The notes under the pieces were generated by a model. The model saw only the letters and a program-made list of their open reading frames with translations. It did not search any database and was not told where the DNA came from. The translations under genes were made by a program, and so were the position numbers. From sequence record PP418985.1: 64,000 nucleotides of DNA. One strand, written 5' to 3'. The DNA comes from Escherichia phage UPWr_E1. Of this stretch, positions 35,303-43,875 are shown in pieces. Position 1 is the stretch's first letter. The number at the start of each line of letters is the position of its first letter.

Positions 35303-37035
35303 TAAAAGATCCCCATATTAATTGTACCGGGTGCATCAATTCGAGTTGTAGGCGCGCCCTGTTTAATAGTTCTATTGTTTGTTACAATTTGTGTATTATT
35401 TACATTTGCCGTCTGGTTTGTCGTTTGTTGCTGGATTGCAGCTTGTTTCTGCATTTGTTCAGTACGGTCCGCTTGTCTTGCTGTTTCCGTTTCAGTTGCA
35501 GGAACAGGTTTAGTTTGAATCACACCCTTAGTTTTATCAGCATACATCTCATCAAATTTTTCAATAAGACGCTCTAACTGAGAACGATCACTTTCAACTA
35601 ATGTAGGATCTTGAACTTGCTCACGGTAAACATCAATATCCTTTTTCAACTCTCCCATTTTTTCTTTGTCATAATCACCGCTCAAGTTCTCCATAACTTC
35701 ATTAATATTATTGATCGCACCCTCGCTTTTAATTCTAAGTTTACGACTAGCAGATCGTTGTTCAGCAGAAACAGACTCATATTCCCCGCGCTTTAATTCT
35801 TCTTGTCGCTTCTCTGCGTCAACATCCTTTTGATCTCGCCAACCCAGACTAACAAGTCCTTCATTAACTTTATCTTTAATGGAGTCACCGATAGCCTCAC
35901 CAATATCACGGGCTTTTCCGGTCCAACCAGTACGCTCTCCGTATTTGTCCTCTTCATGCTCGGATTCAACTTTATCCATCAATTCAAGTTCTCTTTCGGT
36001 TGGCGTATATCCCTGTGAAACAGCAGACTTCAAAGCACCATATTCTAACTGATCAGCATAATCACCCATACCAGGGATCATGCGAAGAATTTTAGCAATA
36101 CCGGTAGTGATAATTCGATCAAGTTGGATAAAGGTTTTATAGAATGCATCACCAATACCCATAACAAGAGATTTAATTAATTCTCCATATTCACCCTTAG
36201 ACCAATAATCTCGAACTTGACGAATAGTTGTTAAAATATCGCTAATAGGACCAGCCCATTCTCCGGCCTTATCCATAAATTCATCGAATTTTGTTTCGAA
36301 TAAATCACTCCAATATCTGAAATGAATCATCAGGGTATCAATGGCAAAAACAACACCCATCAAAATAGCACCCCATTTTGCGGCTTCTGCCATAGCGGTC
36401 AAGGTGATCTTAAATAACATCCCTAAGACCTTATTAGAGATACCTATGGTTTCTTTAAATCCTCCACGAACAACTTTAAGAAGATTTTCCATAGAATCCG
36501 CATTGCGCTTATCTGCGGCGTTCTTTTTCTTCCGTTCCTCAACATCTGGTTTTTTCTTTGGAAGACCTTGATAGTTGTCATTATTAGGCTGTTCCGGTAC
36601 AGTAGGCAAAACTGGCTGAGGTGATGGCATTGTTTGCGGTTGTTCCGGTTTTTTCAGTGCTTCTTCAATCGCACCAATACCGCTAGCCATTTTACTGACA
36701 ACACCAAATCTACGTTCCATCATAACACCAAAACCACGTAATTTCTCATTCATCTGAGAAGAGAAATTATTGAGTTTTTGCAATTCTTCATAAGTTTTTT
36801 GGGTATTGCCAGCGGTAGATTGTGTATTTTCTGCCGTCAATTCATTGGCTGCGGTGTTATCCTCTACCGCACCAACAACTTCATTAGATTTTTGTTCTAC
36901 TGTCTCCGCCACCAATTCGGTAGCGGCTTGCAAATTATCAATAGAATCAAGTTTATCTAATTTGTTAAGTTTATCAATCGGATTTTCTTCCGCTTCCTTG
37001 CGCATCCCGCGAAATGATGTTAATGCGTCATTCAT
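35302..37035 (-). CDS. 29: Baseplate hub / tail length determinator gp29
   Basis: 577 aa; extended helical protein; synteny and size (T4 gp29 590 aa). Confidence 0.6.
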   Translation of the reverse strand: MNDALTSFRGMRKEAEENPIDKLNKLDKLDSIDNLQAATELVAETVEQKSNEVVGAVEDNTAANELTAENTQSTAGNTQKTYEELQKLNNFSSQMNEKLRGFGVMMERRFGVVSKMASGIGAIEEALKKPEQPQTMPSPQPVLPTVPEQPNNDNYQGLPKKKPDVEERKKKNAADKRNADSMENLLKVVRGGFKETIGISNKVLGMLFKITLTAMAEAAKWGAILMGVVFAIDTLMIHFRYWSDLFETKFDEFMDKAGEWAGPISDILTTIRQVRDYWSKGEYGELIKSLVMGIGDAFYKTFIQLDRIITTGIAKILRMIPGMGDYADQLEYGALKSAVSQGYTPTERELELMDKVESEHEEDKYGERTGWTGKARDIGEAIGDSIKDKVNEGLVSLGWRDQKDVDAEKRQEELKRGEYESVSAEQRSASRKLRIKSEGAINNINEVMENLSGDYDKEKMGELKKDIDVYREQVQDPTLVESDRSQLERLIEKFDEMYADKTKGVIQTKPVPATETETARQADRTEQMQKQAAIQQQTTNQTANVNNTQIVTNNRTIKQGAPTTRIDAPGTINMGIF

Positions 37036-37550
37036 GATAGGCGATCCAATATGTTAATTCCACCATAGATAGTGCCTTCCGGCGTATCCAGCGCAATAGT
37101 TTTTCTTAATCCGGTAGCCCAATCCATAATAAAAGCTGGAAAATCATGGAAGTCTACGCTAGGATCGTGATAATGATGACTCAAGAAATCAGCGTCATCG
37201 ATAATGGGGTCAGAAGTGTACATTGGATTTTTAAATTTAAAGACTTTACCATTTAAAGTAAATTCCGTCTCTGTACAAATATACACATCACACAACTTAA
37301 GACCATCCTTTTCTTCCAGACATTTACCATTAAACGCACAAAGGTTAAGCATAACCAATTCAGACTCGGCAGCGTTTAACCCAGGACAGATTGAATCAAG
37401 AAGAATCTTTAATGTTTCATCACAGCTACGAACATCTTTTAATAATCGATGTTGCTTAATCCCCATTTTTGGGATCTTGATATGTTTCCCGTTTATCTCT
37501 AATTTTTTTACAGGAACAACAAATTTTAACATAGGTTTAGTTTCTGTCAT
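37032..37550 (-). CDS. 28: Baseplate hub distal subunit gp28
   Basis: 172 aa; synteny and size. Confidence 0.55.
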   Translation of the reverse strand: MTETKPMLKFVVPVKKLEINGKHIKIPKMGIKQHRLLKDVRSCDETLKILLDSICPGLNAAESELVMLNLCAFNGKCLEEKDGLKLCDVYICTETEFTLNGKVFKFKNPMYTSDPIIDDADFLSHHYHDPSVDFHDFPAFIMDWATGLRKTIALDTPEGTIYGGINILDRLS

Positions 37551-38659
37551 TATATCTTACCTTCAAATTTGACTTCCTGCAATTCTTCGCTGTTACCGAT
37601 CATATACAGGTGAGTTAATGATTGCTCTCGGCTAATTTCATGCACAACTTCGTCAACAATAAAATCATTGCGTGCTTGTTGCTTCTCATCAAAGAATCGA
37701 ATAACCATACCGGGGCGCAACGAAAAATTACCGTGACACACGGCGGTAGCATACGAATCATATTGTTCTATTGTGGCAAGTTTAGAACCTTCCAAAAACG
37801 CATTCTTATAAGTTAAATCGCCGTAAGCGCCACCATGAGCAAAGTGTGCAATATTATCCCCATTACCAACAACAATTTTATTATACTGCTTAGTAACAAA
37901 ATCAATAGCTGTGTATGTCACATTGCTAAATGAATTTTTAACTTTAGCATTGCTCTTAGTCTGCCACTCGAAATTAAAAACCATCAGATTAGGCGACATA
38001 TCAATAAATTGCCCCATGAGTCTAGGCTCACAGATTATAGCTGGTATTGGCTCATTTTTTAATATTGTATCGTGTCCAGCGATCGTTATACCATCAAAAT
38101 CTTCCCAGCAATACACGAAAGACTCGGTTTCTACGCTTTGCCCGTATGCCCTCACAAAATCCATATAGTCATTTATGGTACTAACCCACGGACAACGAGG
38201 AATAACAACGTTATCACCCTTTATACTAGGTTTCCATAAAGGAACTTCCTTATAGATGGCATCAATCATGCTAGTTACGTTATTAACAGCGTTATTTGTT
38301 AATGAGCGAGAAAATTTAAGGTTTAGTGTTTCGTGATAGCTCTTTAACTGGAATGTTAAAATGTTGTCGGATTTTTGGTCAATTGTTACATTACTATGAG
38401 AGATCCCATAGATTCGGTTAAACACTTCATCTGTATTAGCAGTGGATAGCGAAATCTGAATGATCTCTCTCCCGTTTAATTTTGTATGCATCGCCTTATT
38501 ATCATAGAATTGCAACAATCCTTCGTTCACCCCACGAATCGAATCACGCAGAGTCATTGTAACAAAGGTAGCACCCAATTCTATAAAGCGATGATTTAGA
38601 AATGCCTCATAATCCTGATAAAGTTTTATTGAGACATTAGGAAACCCCGTTCTTTGCAT
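37550..38659 (-). CDS. 27: Baseplate hub subunit gp27
   Basis: 369 aa; N-terminus MQRTGFPNVSIKLYQDYEAF resembles T4 gp27. Confidence 0.7.
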   Translation of the reverse strand: MQRTGFPNVSIKLYQDYEAFLNHRFIELGATFVTMTLRDSIRGVNEGLLQFYDNKAMHTKLNGREIIQISLSTANTDEVFNRIYGISHSNVTIDQKSDNILTFQLKSYHETLNLKFSRSLTNNAVNNVTSMIDAIYKEVPLWKPSIKGDNVVIPRCPWVSTINDYMDFVRAYGQSVETESFVYCWEDFDGITIAGHDTILKNEPIPAIICEPRLMGQFIDMSPNLMVFNFEWQTKSNAKVKNSFSNVTYTAIDFVTKQYNKIVVGNGDNIAHFAHGGAYGDLTYKNAFLEGSKLATIEQYDSYATAVCHGNFSLRPGMVIRFFDEKQQARNDFIVDEVVHEISREQSLTHLYMIGNSEELQEVKFEGKI

Positions 38660-39407
38660 TGTTTGCCTCTTTTACGTCTTTCTCGACCAGTGTCAGTGCA
38701 ATGTTTCTCTCGACGGGTAACATATCCATAAGATCACTGATAGAATAATTTGATTTTGCCAATAGATGGTTTATTCGATAAAAGATGAATAACTCATCTG
38801 GATTCAACAACAATTTGAATAATGGAAGAAGACCTATGTATTTCAGGTCATGACTTTCACAACAAGATATCTTTTGTTCGATCTTGATCGTGTGCATCTG
38901 CTTAACAACTTCTTCAAATTCAGCAAATGAGATTGAATCGATAACCTGTTCTCTAACTTCTTCCGGTAATTCAGTCCATAGATAATCATTAATACCATCA
39001 GATACACGCTCTATCGCATCCAGAAACGTTTTTGCATAGTCGGTTGATGGTTTAACATACCGGAAAGTTATTTTAAGCCCTGCGGCCTCCAGAACGATTG
39101 GTTTTAGTGCTTCGACCTGTAAGTTGAGCAACATTTTTCTTTCTTTGTTGCAAGTCGGGCAAGTAAAGCAAAGCGGTATCTTAGTTTTACCAATTGAGCT
39201 AGTAAAAACGTTCAGGAAAATGTATTCACGAAATGCAGGGTCTACATCTGGATATATTTCTTCTAGTAGCTCATCCAGAATCGTTTGTTCTTCTTCTGGA
39301 TTCATCTTAATTTCAGTTGACACCAGAAGGAAATCTCTATAATCTTTTACCGTGAATGGTTTAAATCTCTGCACACCTTCCGGCAGTTTTATTCGGATAA
39401 TATTCAT
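38637..39407 (-). CDS. 51: Baseplate hub assembly catalyst gp51
   Basis: 256 aa; synteny; CFTCPTCNKERK motif shared with gp26. Confidence 0.6.
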   Translation of the reverse strand: MNIIRIKLPEGVQRFKPFTVKDYRDFLLVSTEIKMNPEEEQTILDELLEEIYPDVDPAFREYIFLNVFTSSIGKTKIPLCFTCPTCNKERKMLLNLQVEALKPIVLEAAGLKITFRYVKPSTDYAKTFLDAIERVSDGINDYLWTELPEEVREQVIDSISFAEFEEVVKQMHTIKIEQKISCCESHDLKYIGLLPLFKLLLNPDELFIFYRINHLLAKSNYSISDLMDMLPVERNIALTLVEKDVKEANNAKNGVS

Positions 39408-39427
39408 GGTATAATCCCCCTTTCGGG

Positions 39428-39435
39428 TATTTATA
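39428..39435 (-). promoter_or_regulatory. Late promoter TATAAATA for gene 51
   Basis: Plus-strand tatttata about 20 nt upstream of the gene 51 start. Confidence 0.5.
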
Positions 39436-39477
39436 AAATACTAAATAATTCTATGTGTTTATAAAGGGTGTTTTATT

Positions 39478-40107
39478 ATGCAATACTTTTTCAAGATCCA
39501 ATTAGGCGAAAAGTTAATACACGCCCGTGCTTTCACCTTCGGCGAATTTCAAAAACTGGTAGCAGCAAAAGAGACTGGCAAGCTGTCAGATGTTGTTATC
39601 GAGATCATATACGAATGTACGGGGATCAATGCATTAGAGCTAGAGAAATGCGAAGCAGAATATATTTTTCTTCTCTTATGGTGTCACAGCCTCAATAAGA
39701 TGAAAATTGATGCTACTTGGGTATGTGGAGTATGCAATAAAGAGAAAGTATATTCTCTTGATGTTTCACGCACACAGATACCAGAAGTAGAACCGTATAT
39801 TCTGGACTTAGGCCAAATAAAAATCAAATTTCGTCAACCTAAGTTTACAGAAGATGTTGATATTATGCAGATGGTAATTGCATGTATCGAATATATCGTG
39901 ATCGGCGATCAACAATTCAATATAGACGACCTGAACGTACAGGACTTTGACCGCGTGCTGGATATGCTTACCACGGATAAAGTGGAAGAAGTGATCGACG
40001 AGCTAACAAGAAATCAAATCACGCTGGCAGTACCGATCAAGTGCGAATGCGGGGAATCTGGTGTATATTCATTATCAGGTCTATCCAGTTTCCTTAAAAT
40101 TCTTTGA
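39478..40107 (+). CDS. 26: Baseplate hub subunit gp26
   Basis: 209 aa; synteny; VCGVCNKEK motif. Confidence 0.6.
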   Translation: MQYFFKIQLGEKLIHARAFTFGEFQKLVAAKETGKLSDVVIEIIYECTGINALELEKCEAEYIFLLLWCHSLNKMKIDATWVCGVCNKEKVYSLDVSRTQIPEVEPYILDLGQIKIKFRQPKFTEDVDIMQMVIACIEYIVIGDQQFNIDDLNVQDFDRVLDMLTTDKVEEVIDELTRNQITLAVPIKCECGESGVYSLSGLSSFLKIL

Positions 40108-40115
40108 GGTATAAC

Positions 40116-40502
40116 ATGGCAACTATTAATCAGATGTATACTGATTTGGATCTCAATATATCCAGATCGTGGAATAACGACGTTAAAAAGAACATAGGGA
40201 TTAAAGCGGTTAAGGATTCTATTCTACTGATCGTTACTACTCGCAAGGGATCTCGTCCATTTGATCCACTGTTTGGATGTGATCTCAATAAATCACTGTT
40301 TGAGAACATGAACCCACTGACAGTGGATACCTTATCAAAAAACATCAATGAGGCGATCCGAAACTATGAACCACGGGTCCGAAACCTGACAGTAGAAGTA
40401 ACCCCGCAGTACGACGATAATTCAATCATAGTATCAATCTACTTTTCGGTAATAGATAACCCAGATGATCTTGAACAACTACGCATAAGACTTGCAAAGT
40501 GA
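40116..40502 (+). CDS. 25: Baseplate wedge subunit gp25
   Basis: 128 aa from MATINQMY; TTRKGSRPFDP.FGCDL and SVIDNPDD closely match T4 gp25. Confidence 0.85.
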   Translation: MATINQMYTDLDLNISRSWNNDVKKNIGIKAVKDSILLIVTTRKGSRPFDPLFGCDLNKSLFENMNPLTVDTLSKNINEAIRNYEPRVRNLTVEVTPQYDDNSIIVSIYFSVIDNPDDLEQLRIRLAK

Positions 40503-40549
40503 TTTTGTGTGTGATATGATATAGGTCTTAGTGTGAATAAGGGGATATT

Positions 40550-40957
40550 ATGGACCTAAACGATTTGAAAGAACAATTAGAAGCTGACATGAAGATCGAT
40601 GCGACTAAATTGCAATGGGAGGCGCTGAATAATCCGGTAGTATACTCAAAGTGGTTAAGGATTTACAGCGAGGCGAAGCGAGAGACGATTGCTCTTGAGG
40701 CTAAAAAGAAAAAGGCTATGAAAAATCGTCTTGACTTTTACACTAACCGTAGTGATGACTGGTGTCGCGCTGAATATGAGAAATCAGAATTGAAAGTTGT
40801 TATGGCAGCAGACGACGAGATATTACCACTTGATACGAAAATTGCATATTACCAGATGGTAATGGATTTCGCTGGTCGCGCACTTGATATCGTTAAATCT
40901 CGTGGATTTGCGATCAAGAATGCTATAGAATTGCGTATGCTGGAATCTGGTCGCTAA
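40550..40957 (+). CDS. uvsY: Recombination mediator UvsY
   Basis: 135 aa; YSKWL and KSRGFAIK motifs as in T4 UvsY. Confidence 0.85.
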   Translation: MDLNDLKEQLEADMKIDATKLQWEALNNPVVYSKWLRIYSEAKRETIALEAKKKKAMKNRLDFYTNRSDDWCRAEYEKSELKVVMAADDEILPLDTKIAYYQMVMDFAGRALDIVKSRGFAIKNAIELRMLESGR

Positions 40958-40977
40958 ATACATGCAGGAGGAATTTT

Positions 40978-41154
40978 ATGAAAATCTGTATTTGTTGTAA
41001 ACAACCTGTCGAGGATGCGTTAGCCGTCCAGACAGAAAACGGCGTTGTTCACACTGGCTACTGCTTACAGCTAGTAACAGAACGTTCGATTAGTGAAAAT
41101 GCGAACGGCGAAGAACAAGAACAACTCGTAGAGCAAACAATGCTGTTAATGTAA
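40978..41154 (+). CDS. Hypothetical Cys-rich small protein, 58 aa
   Basis: RBS caggagga; MKICICCKQP...; below track cutoff. Confidence 0.4.
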   Translation: MKICICCKQPVEDALAVQTENGVVHTGYCLQLVTERSISENANGEEQEQLVEQTMLLM

Positions 41155-41187
41155 TTTGTTGATAACCGATTTTAATTGGTTTATTTT

Positions 41188-41212
41188 GCCCCATCATTGA
41201 TGGGGCTTTTTT
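41188..41212 (+). terminator. Rho-independent terminator
   Basis: gccccatca-ttga-tggggc followed by ttttt. Confidence 0.6.
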
Positions 41213-41217
41213 ATATC

Positions 41218-41454
41218 TTAAAAATCCTCTTCTGGCTCTTCTTCTGGCTCGTTGTCCGCTTCCAATTGCTTACGGCGTCCAGCGATGGCGTCACGGATCG
41301 AAATATCATCAGCAGGTTTCAATTCTGTTTCTTTCTTGCGCTTCTCATAATATGCCTCAAGTTCATTTAATCCCTCGATAGTATTACAAGAATAAATCTT
41401 ACTCATGAAACCATCAATAGCGGCCTCAACCAAAAAACGTTTAAAGCTAATCAT
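41218..41454 (-). CDS. uvsW.1: UvsW.1-like small protein
   Basis: 78 aa immediately downstream of uvsW on the same strand; acidic C-terminus. Confidence 0.5.
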   Translation of the reverse strand: MISFKRFLVEAAIDGFMSKIYSCNTIEGLNELEAYYEKRKKETELKPADDISIRDAIAGRRKQLEADNEPEEEPEEDF

Positions 41455-41468
41455 TTTTTAATCTCCGT

Positions 41469-41492
41469 AGAATAAAGGGGCATTAAAGCCCC
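41469..41492 (-). terminator. Hairpin with T-run downstream of uvsW (minus strand)
   Basis: ggggc-tttaat-gcccc followed by tttatt on the minus strand. Confidence 0.45.
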
Positions 41493-41498
41493 TATTTA

Positions 41499-43001
41499 TT
41501 AAATCTCGATTGTTTTCGTGGCATATTCGAATCGATCGGTGTTGTAAATTTTTATTCTTTCAAGCGCGTGTTTAAGAGCATAATTAAGGTGGCTAAACTG
41601 TTTCTTAGCATTCTTGCTCTTTGTCTTAACCGCCAAATGATCGATAAGATCCCAAACGGTAGCAATATCCTTAGAACCATGTTTACGCAATGCACGACCG
41701 ATACTCTGACGAACGATAGTTGATTCCTTCACTGGATGACCGAAAATAACATGATGCAAGTTCTTGATGGAAACACCAGTAGAGAACACACCATAAGACG
41801 CAACACAAATGATCCCTGTTTCCCCTTCCGCTAATTTCTTAAATTCATCACGTTCTTCTGTCTTAACTCCACCGTCAATATAATAAACCTTGTCGTGTAC
41901 CTTCTGCAACGCATCATACATAAGTTTTCCGTGCTTAGTATTGCGGAACATCAGGAATACGTTTTCGCCCTTCTTAGCGAGTTTTAGCGCCAAATTGCAA
42001 GCAAACTTATTTCGTCGTGGGTTAGACGTAATATACTTGATCTCTTCCGCATATTCTCTCCCCTTAACCGCGCTACATTCCTCATCGGTATAACGAAGGA
42101 AAAGACAGTTAATTTTCAGTTTTGTCACTTGGCCTTCTTCCATCAGGCGGTCAATACTCACGATCTTAGAAATATCACCGAAAAGCCCGACATACTGCAT
42201 CATGTTAGCTTTCCCGTCACGAGGGGAACCAGTCATGCCGATCTTAAATTGGCAATGATCCATATCAGTAACGATGTTTAGCAGGTTTTTAGCAGTGGCC
42301 TTGTGACATTCATCAACAATCACCATCCCGAATTGTTTAAACCATTCACGAGGTTGTTTACATGCTGATTGCCACGTACTAACAACGATCAGGCGATCTC
42401 CTACATTCTTAGTAGTACCACTCATGATAGTATGAATTGCCTCATAAGGAAACTGGCGATAATCAACAAAATCATCACGCATTTGCAGCACTAGCGACGT
42501 GGTAGGAACGATGATCAGCACTTTCCCTTCGTAGTTCTCTAAGTACCAGCGAGACAACATACAAGCAATCGCAGATTTACCAGCGGACGTAGGCAAAACT
42601 AACATACGGCGTTTATGATGAATACCTTCAAAGACAGCCTTTGATTGATACCAATGCGGGGTGATCCTGTTAGCACCGGAATATAATTCTAAGTCGTTAC
42701 ACCATTTTGTAATTTCTTCTTCTGTAACCTGTTCTTTCTCGAATAAGCGAGGGTCTACCCATACGCTATAGCCCATATTTTTAGCGAATATTCCCACGGT
42801 TTTAGTTAGGCCGATTGGCAACTTTCCATTGTAATCTAAAAGACGAATACGCCCATCCCATCCGCCGTATTTTACTCGTTTTTGAAACCGTGCACCTTCA
42901 ACTTCAAAGCTAAAATAATCCCTCATTTCTAATAAAATTGAATCGCTACATTCAATTTGAACATGGGAGTAGTTCAGAAAGTGAATTTTAATATCTTGCA
43001 T
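41499..43001 (-). CDS. uvsW: UvsW DNA helicase (SF2, DExH)
   Basis: About 500 aa from MQDIKIHF (track ORF begins at an upstream GTG); Walker A LPTSAGKS, DECH box, RKHGSK; T4 UvsW-like. Confidence 0.85.
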   Translation of the reverse strand: MQDIKIHFLNYSHVQIECSDSILLEMRDYFSFEVEGARFQKRVKYGGWDGRIRLLDYNGKLPIGLTKTVGIFAKNMGYSVWVDPRLFEKEQVTEEEITKWCNDLELYSGANRITPHWYQSKAVFEGIHHKRRMLVLPTSAGKSAIACMLSRWYLENYEGKVLIIVPTTSLVLQMRDDFVDYRQFPYEAIHTIMSGTTKNVGDRLIVVSTWQSACKQPREWFKQFGMVIVDECHKATAKNLLNIVTDMDHCQFKIGMTGSPRDGKANMMQYVGLFGDISKIVSIDRLMEEGQVTKLKINCLFLRYTDEECSAVKGREYAEEIKYITSNPRRNKFACNLALKLAKKGENVFLMFRNTKHGKLMYDALQKVHDKVYYIDGGVKTEERDEFKKLAEGETGIICVASYGVFSTGVSIKNLHHVIFGHPVKESTIVRQSIGRALRKHGSKDIATVWDLIDHLAVKTKSKNAKKQFSHLNYALKHALERIKIYNTDRFEYATKTIEI

Positions 43002-43036
43002 AGCGAATAGCCTCACTCAATAAATACAGTATACAA

Positions 43037-43044
43037 ATATTTAT
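43037..43044 (-). promoter_or_regulatory. Late promoter TATAAATA upstream of uvsW
   Basis: Plus-strand tatttata about 35 nt upstream of the uvsW start; coordinates +/-1. Confidence 0.45.
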
Positions 43045-43071
43045 ACAAACACCCCCAATCAGGAGAATAAC

Positions 43072-43797
43072 ATGTTTGATAAAGAATATTTCGAAGAACT
43101 CCGCGCTATTGCGGCGTCCGACGACAAAGAAGCACAGAAAACAGCTAAAACAGAATTAGCTGACTACGCAAAACAATTTGATATCAAGGTCAAAAAGACG
43201 TTATCACTAGAGAACATGATCGAGTTCGTAGAAACCGAATTAACTAAACTGGCTTCCGAAATGGAAGAAGAAACTCCGGCAGAAGGAACCAGTATTAACG
43301 ATCTTATTCTGGCAGCAGATACCGCAGATGATAAAGTGGTATTCGACGAAGTTGATCCGTCTCTGGTTGAAGCAATGAAAGAACCCGAGATCGTCATTGA
43401 AGAAACAAAAGAAGAATCTCCAGCAGTTGAACCAGTGGTCGAAGAAGTTAAGTCAGTTGTTGAAGAAGCGCCGGAAGTTAAAGTGGAATCTCCGGTAGCC
43501 AACATTTTCTCCGACGAAGCAGAGCATCGTTCCCCAGCACATGACACTGATTCATTTTGTGATCTTACTGGTTTCCGTCCGACCATTTGCTTGATCGGTG
43601 GCGGTCGTGGTTACTACTCCTGCCCGTGGTGGATTTTCGACTGGATTGTTAATACTCCAGATTGGAAGAAGTACCCAGAGCGTTTCCCGCACGCGTATGT
43701 ACACGACACCCTCAAGTCACTGATCTATTATATCAAACGCGATGGGTCTGTCAAGGTGCGAGAGACTAAACACAGCCAATTCCACACTCTTAAATAA
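43072..43797 (+). CDS. Hypothetical protein at the T4 inh position (acidic N-terminal half, Cys/Trp-rich C-terminal domain)
   Basis: 241 aa; located upstream of hoc-like gene as T4 inh; identity not verified. Confidence 0.5.
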   Translation: MFDKEYFEELRAIAASDDKEAQKTAKTELADYAKQFDIKVKKTLSLENMIEFVETELTKLASEMEEETPAEGTSINDLILAADTADDKVVFDEVDPSLVEAMKEPEIVIEETKEESPAVEPVVEEVKSVVEEAPEVKVESPVANIFSDEAEHRSPAHDTDSFCDLTGFRPTICLIGGGRGYYSCPWWIFDWIVNTPDWKKYPERFPHAYVHDTLKSLIYYIKRDGSVKVRETKHSQFHTLK

Positions 43798-43875
43798 TAA
43801 GAGTGTAAAAGTTGTGAAATATTTGTTATGTTTTTAATTGTAGTTCCGTTATGCAATTAAAAAAGAGGATATTAC

